Below, piece after piece: positions 54,473 through 64,000 of a stretch of DNA of 64,000 nt. Location of the stretch: the NCBI RefSeq assembly GCF_030684315.1, contig NC_081375.1, positions 9,740,678-9,804,677 on the forward strand, read 5' to 3'. The position numbers and the translations under genes were made by a program. The notes under the pieces are model-generated. The model did not search any database and was not told where the DNA came from. It saw nothing but the letters and a program-made list of their open reading frames with translations. The DNA is from Stegostoma tigrinum. Lineage: Eukaryota. The stretch's first letter is position 1. The number at the start of each line of letters is the position of its first letter.

Positions 54473-55289
54473 ATTGTGAGAAGTCAATGCAAGAGAATAT
54501 CTGTAGAAAGATTCCAGAGATTAACAGGAGTGAGTAAACTATTAATTCAGGGGATTTGAATGACCACCCAAATTGAGACTGAAGAATTCTTCGAATTTGT
54601 ACAGTACTTCAAGAAAGGGAGAAGCATTCCTTATTCTGAATGTGAAAAATGAAATAAACCAGGTAGATTGCATTAAATGTGGGGAGTATTGCCAGTGGTT
54701 GACATTACATAGTAGATTGAAGATTCAAGTAGAGAGGGAAACAAAGTACAAAATGTGAAGTCTGTAGATGAAATAGGGTAGATTCAGTTAAATGAGATTG
54801 GGAAAAAAAAAGTCAGTTAAGATTTTAGAGATCAGGAACAGGTTTGGCTTTTAAAAGAAAACTGCAACATTGTCAAAAATTTTTAAAGACAAAGCACTGG
54901 AATGCCGCAGATAAACAGAAATTTAAGAAAAGCAAACTTCAGTTAAAATAGAATGATTAATGTGTTTGTTTTTGGGGAGAAGAGACACTGGAGTACAGAA
55001 AACAGTGAGTTATTGGAAGGTAAACCAATCTCACAAATGAAGCATCATGGGGAAAGCACCCAAATGGCTTAAGAGAAAAGCAAGAGCATCGTGGAGAACC
55101 TATCAGAACTGCAGCTTTCTAGCCATCTGCAAATGTATTACCAATTTTCCAAAGAGGCTAACTTGCACAATTATATATCAGTTCGAGCATGAATGCAGCA
55201 GGGAAAGTTTTGAACTGTTTACTTGAAGATTAAATTAGTAAATAGTTATGTTGAGAGAATCAGTAGAAGCGGACTAGCCAACTTGAAAA

Positions 55290-56400
55290 GGACACAGCTG
55301 CTAAATTGGGCCTATGGCAGACGGTAAGGAAACTCACAAGAAAAGGATTTGTCCTCACAAACCTACCTGCCGCAGATGCATCTGTTCACATCACTAATGC
55401 AAAGCGTAATCACTGCAAATCCTTTGTGGGGACTAAGACCTACCTTCACACTGATCATACCCTTCATTGTCTTATGTGGTATTACCACTCTACCATACAG
55501 GATAAATTTTTACAAATCCAACAACTAGAAACTGTACATCTGTGAGGCACTGAGACTTTTCAGCAACAGCCAAATCACCATCAACCATAATGTGAAACCT
55601 GAACTCTAACCACATTCCCCAACTTACTTTTACCACCAAAGGGATCAATCCTGATTCACCAAAGATTGCAAGAGCACATACCAGGATCAACACCAGGCTT
55701 ACCTAAAAGCCTGGTGAAAGAGGACACCCTACAGCCAAATTGCACAAGCTAGATGCGATAAATATGGTAAAGCAATCCACAACAAACAAATCAGATTTAA
55801 GCTTTGCAGCCCTACAACACCTAGCCAAGAAAGATAATGTACAATTACAACTTACTGGGAGGTGGTGGCTCCAGAAATATCCTAATCCTCAATCGTAGAG
55901 GAGCCCAGAGCCTCTGTGCAAAAGAGGAGATGGGAGCATTTGTAAATAGCATCAGCTGGAAGTTAAGAAAGGGACAATCCATGTCAGCCTCCTCCTGAAT
56001 TCCCAGCATCACAGATGCCATTCTTCAGTCAATACAATTTATTTTACCTGAAGTGGCTGAAAGCACATAATACTTCAAGGACTACAAGCTACTCCAGTGA
56101 TAGTACTGAAGACTTGTGCTCTAGAACGAGCTGCAAACCTAGTCAAGTTGCTCCATTACAGTTACAATCCTGGCATCCATCCAGCAAAGCAGAAAATTAC
56201 CCACAAAGATGAAAACACCAACCCAGCCAATTACTGCCCAATTAATCTCGCCTCAATCATCAGATAAGTGATGCAAGGTACACCAACAGTTCTAACAAGT
56301 GGCACTTAATCAAGACTAACTTACTTATTGAATCAATTTTGGTTCTTGCGGAGCTCAGTCAGCTCATGAACTCACATGCCCATTAACACCAAACCACGAT
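55290..56400 (+). mobile_element. Degenerate LINE ORF2 fragment
   Basis: aacccagccaattactgcccaattaatctcgcctcaatcatcagataa resembles the NP.NYRPISL.S..SK RT N-terminal motif. Many stops and frameshifts. Confidence 0.6.
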
Positions 56401-57492
56401 GTCTAAAAATGTGACTGACCTAAACACACACAATAGATAATGTTGTGCAGGAAGTCCATGTTCAGCAGAGATTCACAGAACGATGATGAAATCGCACTCT
56501 CTCCAACTGCCAAGAAGTTTGCATAAATTGCAAATATACTAATAATCACAATTGCAAAGCCCATAAAGATGCTGGTAGGGTAACAAAAATGGACACAGAC
56601 ATAGGTTTTGGGTTTAAGGTCTTGAGAGAGTCTATGTTTGACAATCATTAGTGGAAGGAAAACAATTTCCTAAAGTCATTTGATACACTTTGACAGGCAA
56701 AAAATTGAGCAGTGACAGTTTTCAAATTGAAAATGCATGACCAACATCTGATATTAAAGGTTGTCTTATTGATGGTAGCATTTAACAAATATCCAAACTT
56801 CAGAACTTGTCTTATTGAAGACAAGGGGTGAACTTGCAGAGCATTGACAACACTTCAATTTCAAAGTGCTACCATGCCACCTGCTGGTGTGATGGCCTGC
56901 CAGAAGGAAAAGAGAGGAATAACTGTCATCCACAGTACCTACAAAATCTTTTGAGTACTCCAATGCATCCAGTCTGTAAAGAAAATAACGCTGTACCTAG
57001 AAGCTAGCCTTGAGACTTCCGAAGGCACCAAAATAGGAGGGATAGAAGATTAAAGCACGTACAAATAGGTATTGATGAATTGGGGGAAATGGGCTAAAAT
57101 AGTGGACTAAATTCACTCTCAATATGTGTGAACTGACAAAAAAAACCTGCAAATTATATTCTAAATGGAGGAAAGCTCAGTGCAATCAAATGCTACTTGT
57201 TCACAAGACATTAAAGGCAGAGAATTACTGACACAAAAATCAATTTTTTTTAATCATAGGGCTTAAAATGATCATCCTTTATAAAACCTTCATAAAATCT
57301 AGCTTGAGTGGACTCAGTTTATCAGATGACCCTTGATGCTTTAATGGAGATACAAGTGATTTGCTAGCAAGGTGACTGGTTCACATTCAACAGATATTTA
57401 TAATGCAAAAAGATATACTTTTGTTAAAAGGACACTTACAATGTTACATGGCAGATGTATTAAGTATCATGACAAAAATCAACATTTTTTTT

Positions 57493-57575
57493 TAAGATTC
57501 CCTACAGTGTGGAAACAGGCCCTTCAGCCCAACAAGTCCACACTGCCCCTTGAAGCATCCCACCCAGACCCATCC
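57493..57575 (-). mobile_element. HE1-like SINE 3' fragment
   Basis: agattccctacagtgtggaaacaggcccttcagcccaacaagtccacac. Confidence 0.65.
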
Positions 57576-58019
57576 TCCTGTTGGGGAGATGCAGATTGTC
57601 TGAAGTTGCTGAGAAGTCAAGATTAATTCAGTACAAAATTACACGTGCAAATTGTAAAACAAATAGAAACTTTATGAAGTTCAGACAATGGAATTCATTT
57701 CCACAATTGATGGTTAAAGTAGAAATGTCGGCATTCAATATAATATGAGCAGATGAAGATAGAAGTACTGGGGAAAAAAAAAGGAACTTGATGGTAAAAT
57801 GCGATTGTGACTTCAAGTAGCACAAATGGTCAGTGCCTAGACAGACAGCTTAGGCTGACTGGCTTGTTTTCAATTCGATTTATTTCTATGCAAAATCATA
57901 TAATTATACCACTTTATGGAACACGTGGTTGTAGATAATAATGCACTCTTGAATGGACAGTCAGAACAAAATCAGTCTGGTGGAGCACAATCCACTTTAC
58001 ATTTTTCGAAGTGCCAGAC

Positions 58020-58445
58020 ATAACTCATTTGGTGGCAGTGAATCTGAAGATCAAGGATTCACACCCTATTCCAAAGACTAGAAGGCAAAATCTTGGGTAA
58101 AGTACGATTGCAGTGTGAGGAAGTGCGGCACCATTAATACATTCTTCCAGATGTGATGTTAAATTGAAGCTTAGTCTGTGCTCTCAGGTACACACCAAAG
58201 ATTTCATGACCCTATTTTGGAAAAACAAAGTGAGCTAGTCTCCCACGTGTGCTGGCTAATATTGTTCTTTCTACCAACATCAATCAAACAACACCTGGTC
58301 ATGTTCACATTGTCCTTTGTGTCATAAATTGGTTGCATGCCTCCTACATTACAGCAGTGACTACATTTCAAAAGTACTCCATTGCCCGAGAAGCACTTTG
58401 TAATATTCCGAGGTTGTGAAAGATGTAATATAAATGCAAATTCTC
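58020..58445 (+). mobile_element. Deu-domain SINE
   Basis: cagatgtgatgttaaattgaagc...ctctcagg...ctggtcatgttcacattg...cctacattacagcagtgactacatttcaaaagtact...atataaatgcaa. Confidence 0.75.
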
Positions 58446-59659
58446 ATTTCATGAAACACAATGACAACCTTATTCTTGCTTTTCAGGATCTTGCTAACTG
58501 CACACCAAGTCATACTCAACAAAGATCTTTCTCAAGAAACTAAAGTTATCACGTGTTGCTGCAGAATCTGTTTATACATCAAGAATGAATGCAACAGCTG
58601 AAGAAACTGTTTTGCAGTTGAGAGTAGTTTGGGGGCTACGATTGGTGTGCATGCAAACATCTATGATATATCAAGCTATTCAAGATGATCTAAAAGTTTA
58701 ACTGCATTTCAAACTTAATTACACTACTGTAAATTTGTGTTACTACAAGGCATATGAAAACTGCAATGACACTATGCTACAAACTCAATCTGTAATACAT
58801 TGACAATAATATGACCTCTGAAGCACACTCAATGGTTGAGAAAAATATTTTACTAAGGTGGAAAGTATTCAAAAATGAGTTGTTAAGAACACCCTTTTGT
58901 TGAAAGTAAACAGTGAAAATCATATTTGAATATTAACATGACTACTGATGGTTAGAAAAGCGTTTCATCATAGCAATGTATATTTTATACTTCATTACTC
59001 AGAAAATAAATTTACTATCTTTTGGTTAAGCAATAATTCGACTCACTGCATAATTATTCACACATCAGTTTTGCAGAACATATTGCCGATTCCAGTTCTC
59101 CCTGGTCATCTAGAGTATTTTAGTCTATTAGAACAGCAACTGAAACATTCCATCTCCAGATGGCAGCAGTTCACAACCACCGAATGATTTATAGTTTAAG
59201 TGATTCATATGAAAATTGGGACATATGTCCATATTTGTTTAATATTCAACATTTAAATGCCATGACAGCTGATAATTACATTAATAGTTATTTGGTTAAA
59301 CTGCATATTGCTGAAAAGAGAGCCCCGTCATCGAAGCTTTTCATCTTGCACTCAAATATGGGAAAGCTAAAGCTCAAACAATCGAAACAATTTATACTAC
59401 AGACAATTTCCACTAACCGGATGCTGTTATCAATACAAAAAGACATTCCACCAACCACACAACTAAAGAAAATCCTGCATGAATGAATAGCAATGCCAGT
59501 GATGTACCAAGTATCTAAGTCATATATCCGCAGATTAGCCAACTGAATGAACAACATGTTGCACCAGTTCTTTGACATGTAGACTGCAACCAGCCTGCAA
59601 CTGAAAAATGCAAACCAAATGTCTACTGCTAGATAGGAGTCCATGATTGAGCAACACAT

Positions 59660-60660
59660 ACTTGTTAGACTAGAGGCCTGTGATTACTGGTGTGCCTCAG
59701 GGGTCAGTGCTGGGCCCGATGTTGTTTATTATCTATATCAATGATTTGGATAAGAATGTACAAGGCATGATTAGTAGGTTTGTTGATGACACCAAAATAG
59801 GCAGTATCGTGGGCAGTGAGGAAGGTTATCAGAAATTGCAGTAGGATCTTGATAAGTTGAACGGCATTTCGAGTTTAATATAGGTAAGTCTGAGGTGTTG
59901 CATTTTGGAAAGTCAAATCAAAGTCGGAGTTTCATGGTAAATGGTGGGACTTTAAGGAGAGAGGGACATTGGATTCTGTTGCGCGGTTCTCTGGAAGTGG
60001 AGTCACAGGTAGACTGGGCAGTGAAAAAGGCTTTTAGCACACTGGCCTTCATCAGTCAGGGTACCGAGTACAGAAGTTGGGAAGTTACATTGCAGTTGTA
60101 TAGAACGCTGACAAGGCTGCACTTGGAGTATTGTTTTTTAGTTTTAGTCACCTTGCTATAGGAAGGATGTTATTAAATTCGATAGAGTCCAGAAGAAATT
60201 TACAAGGATGCTTTCAGGACTCAAGGGGCTGAGTTATAGGGAGAGGTTGGACAAGCCAGGACTTTTTCTTTAGAGTGTAGGAGACTGAGGGGAGATTTTA
60301 TACAAGTGTATAAGATGACGAGAGGCATGGATAGGGTGAATGCATTCAGTCTTTTTCTCAGGATTGGGCAGTCGAGGACTAGAGGGCATTAGTTCAAGCT
60401 AAGAGGGGAAATAACACATGGGAACCTGAGGGCCAACTTTTTTTTTACACACATGGGGGTTACTCATAAGGAATGAACTGCCAGCAGAAGTGGTTGAGGC
60501 GAGTACATTAACAACATTTAAAAGACATCTGGACAAATACACGGATAGGAAAGGTTTAGAAGGATACAGGCTAAGTGCTAGGAAAAAGTGCGGATGGACA
60601 TTTTGGTCAGCATGGACCATTTGGGCCAAAGGGCCTGTCTCTGCACTGTTGGACTTTGAC
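59660..60660 (+). mobile_element. CR1-like LINE (RT to 3' end), degenerate
   Basis: ggtgtgcctcaggggtcagtgctgggccc ([10 protein letters not shown]); translation LQLYRTLTRLHLEYC. Confidence 0.88.
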
Positions 60661-61834
60661 TAATCACGAGTGCGCTAACAGCTACTTTAAAACAAGCCAA
60701 TAAACAGTTGCTTGGTAGTACATAAATTGATTATTGTTGAAAACTTACTCAATACTTTTATTTTCAACCCTTTAAATTATCAGTCATGCTCATAACGTGG
60801 CTGACTCATGTTCTACAGAAGTGACATGCAAACAAAGGACATATGTTCAAGCCTTACAAATCATCTAAATATCAAACAGCTTGGGGCAGCTATAGCTTGT
60901 TATTCTTTTCTCAGCCACAGTTAACTTACCAGCCAAATTATCACCCTTTTCTATTGTAGTGTAATTTGTCATCAGCATTTGGAATTTGGTATTCTTGTTT
61001 TTACAAGTGTGAGATGGAAAGTTTCAACAACAAATACTTACTTACAATTTTAATTATTGTTTAAGAGACAATGTTTCAGTTATGCATATAAAGACAACAA
61101 CTCAACTGAGTTTTAACTTTAGACAGTGGCCATATGTTGTTGAGTTAAGTTTGTCAATCAAGTTTATTCAGTTCTCGACCAAGAAACCATTTCATACAGA
61201 AAATCAGTTTCAATCAGATATACATTTAACCAACTCAATATCAAAATTATAAGTTGTGAGATCGGGGGTGCATCTACCAATGGAAATTAAAAATTTACTT
61301 ATCTACTTTACTAAAACTAGTGCCATTAAGTAACATAGCCATCACACACAATCACTTTTTAGGGGTTCCATTTTTGTAAGCATTTGGTTGATTTAGTGGC
61401 AAACACACGCACGCAATAACTATGTAATGTTGTAAATTCATGGTCTTCAACACTTAGATCACGATTGACAGGTTGTTTGCAGAGTCTACGTAGTCTCACA
61501 CTGCCCATATTCTCGCCCTGTTCTCTGACATTTGATCACATCAGTTGCTCAGTTTCTTCACCACATGCACATCAATTGTCATGCCACTGTTTCACTTCTG
61601 CTTCCAGAAGCCATGTGGCTAGAGAAAAGTAAATGATCTGAACAGGCTTTGCCAGTTTATTGTATCGTGTTTAAACTTACTCCAGATGGACTATAATTGC
61701 AGGGTAAAGCAAGTTGTGTTGTGGCAATGCAAACAAATGAACGCAAAATATTGAACCTTAAGCTGTTTACTGTAGTAAAGTTATGCTAAAACATTATTAA
61801 AGCATCTACCTATACAAGGATTTATTAAACAAGA

Positions 61835-62005
61835 ATTACAACATTTATAAAGCATTTGGATAGGTACATGAATAGGAAACATGTTATGTTATGAGGGTTA
61901 TGGGCCAAACACAGGCAAGTGGGACTAGATCAGTTTGGGAAACTTGGTTAGCATGGGCTAGTTGGACTGAATGGTTTGTTTCTACAATGTATGATCCTAT
62001 GACCG
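61835..62005 (+). mobile_element. CR1-like 3' UTR fragment
   Basis: catttggataggtacatgaatagg...tgggccaaacacaggcaagtgggactag. Confidence 0.7.
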
Positions 62006-62269
62006 GCAGGGTACCACCTCAGCTGCTTAGCTAATACGTCCGTACAGGATGAGAAAAAATGAGGGGGAATGCTGCTGCATCACACATTGCAGCAATGCAA
62101 GGGAACCAGGAGCTCTGGAGCTAAACTGCAAATCCAAAAATGACCTCCAGTGCCTTCACACTTGAAAGCAGCCTAAAATATCCTGGATGTTTCAGAGGGA
62201 CAGATTCAGAGCTTACCTGCAAAATGACCAGCAGTAGAACAATGTCACAAACAAAAAGGTGGAGCAAAT

Positions 62270-64000
62270 AAATTGGACCATATAAAAAAACCAAAGATTT
62301 ACAGCAGAATTGGAAAATTAATTTCTATTCACAACTGTAAAGAGATCATTTGCGTTATGTGTCACAAGGTATACTGGCAAGGAAAAAATGACACCACATG
62401 ATGCACAATGAATTCAAGATAGAGCTCCCTTGAACAGCAAGCTTCAGAAAAAGCACGTTATTAAGTTGAAAGCTCAACAGTCAAACAGGCAAAAGGAAAG
62501 CCTGCAATGAGGTGTCATTTTGCATTTGCAAACTTCTGGCAAAATATAAGAAAACATTCATAGATGGGAAAGTACTTCAAGAAGCAAAGACTGTGGCTGC
62601 CCAGTCTTTATTCAAAGACTATAAGAGGACATAAGAAATAATAACAGCAGTCCAGCGCCTATCACTTGGTGTTTCCACGGTAGCAGAATGACAGGAATCT
62701 TTGACAAAAGAGACGTTTCAGCAACTACAGCAGTACTGTGAATGCTTATATAGAACATAGAACATTACAGCACAGTACAGGCCCTTCGGCCCTCGATGTT
62801 GTGCCGACCTGTCATACCGATCTCAAGCCCATCTAACCTACACTATTCCATGTACGTCCATATGCTTGTCCAATGACGACTTAAATGTATCTAAAGTTGG
62901 CAAATCTACTACCGTTGCAGGCAAAGCGTTCCATTGCCTTACTACTCTGAGTAAAGAAACTACCTCTGATATCTGTCCTATGTCTTTCACCCCTCAACTT
63001 AAAGCTATGCTCCCTCGTGCTCGCCGTCACCATCCCAGGAAAAAGGCTCTCCCTATCCACCCTTTCTAACCCTCGGATTATTTAATATGTTTCAATTAAA
63101 TCACCTCTCAACCTTCTTCTCTCTCATGAAAACAGCCTCAAGTCCCTCAGCCTTTCCTCATAAGACCTTCCCTCCATACCAGGCAACATCCTAGTAAATC
63201 TCCTCTGCACCCTTTCCAAAGCTTCCACATTCTTCTTATAATGTGGTGACCAGAACTGTACACAATACGTCAAGTGCGGCCGCACCAGAGTTTTGTACAG
63301 CTTCACCATAACCTCTTGGTTCCGGAACTCGATCCCTCTATTAATAAAAGCTAAAACACTGTATATGGCTTCTTAACAGCCCTGTCAACCTGTGTGGCAA
63401 CTTTCAAAGATCTGTGTACATGGAGACAGAGATCTCTCTGCTCATCTACACTGCTAAGAATCTTACCATTAGCCCAGTACTTTGCCTTCTGGTTACTCCT
63501 ACCAAAGTGCATCACCTCACACTTGTCTGCATTAAACTCCATTTGCCACCTCTCAGCCCAGCTCTGAAGCTTATCTATGTCTCTCTACAACCTACAGCAT
63601 CCTTCGTCACTGTCCACAACTCCACCGACCTTAGTGTCATCTGCAAATTTACTAACCCATCCTTCTATGCCCTCATCCAGCTTCTCACTGCAGTTCGATG
63701 AATGACATGATTGGCAGACACCAGCTGATTTTTTTTTGCACAGGTTTTAAGGATATTAGAACTAAAGAGGATCTTTCACCCTTTTGGCCCTTAAAGAGAA
63801 AATATGGGGTGAAGATATCTAGAACAAATACAAAAAAAAAATGCCCAAGATAAACATTACCATCAAGAAACTTGTTTCCATCACAACTGATGGTGCACCA
63901 CCTCAAAATTGTCACTTTTCTCAAATCAAGGAACACACTGTATAGTGAGCTTTCAGACAACGAGAGGTTGCTTAAATTCAGAATTCTTACAGGCGTAACA
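62270..64000 (+). pseudogene. Fossil hAT-family DNA transposase (SPIN/GTF2IRD2-like), interrupted by a young CR1
   Basis: Manual translation: VSFCICKLLAKYKKTFIDGKVLQEA...KEIITAVQRLSLGVSTVA...CEC|FSLQFDE...GEDI...KKLVSITTDGAP, with stops and frameshifts. Confidence 0.8.
62748..63680 (-). mobile_element. Young 5'-truncated CR1/HER1-like LINE
   Basis: Near-identical to 3123-4342; (tgttcta)n tail; a few disabling mutations. Confidence 0.95.

Noticed and set aside
52962-64000. Next upstream HELZ exon
   Set aside because: No sequence encoding the expected preceding peptide was seen; it is probably outside the window, though a short exon could have been missed.

Overview
Eukaryotic (vertebrate) genomic DNA, most likely from a shark, judging by HE1-like SINEs, HER1/CR1 LINEs and Deu-domain SINEs. 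The window holds nine internal coding exons of HELZ (SF1/UPF1-like helicase with zinc finger) on the minus strand. All have GT-AG boundaries and matching phases, and they join into 1523 nt (507 full codons) covering Walker A (GPYGTGKT), Walker B (DEAAQ) and later helicase motifs. The gene starts and ends outside the window. The introns are dense in transposable elements: three young 5'-truncated CR1/HER1-like LINEs, many old CR1 and L2-like fragments, several SINE families, a fossil hAT transposase and about a dozen Penelope-like element (PLE) insertions. The most notable structure is in the PLEs. Their 3' ends carry minimal hammerhead-ribozyme motifs (CUGANGA...GAAACGUH). Five are fold-back (inverted two-arm) insertions with a ~30-35-nt tail on one arm only, and three of these have clear 14-16-bp target-site duplications (TSDs). 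One 3.7-kb fold-back has the same RT-inactivating deletion in both arms, and two ribozyme-bearing insertions are only 113 and 173 bp. Everything was read by eye: exon and TSD coordinates were counted, while old-repeat boundaries are approximate.
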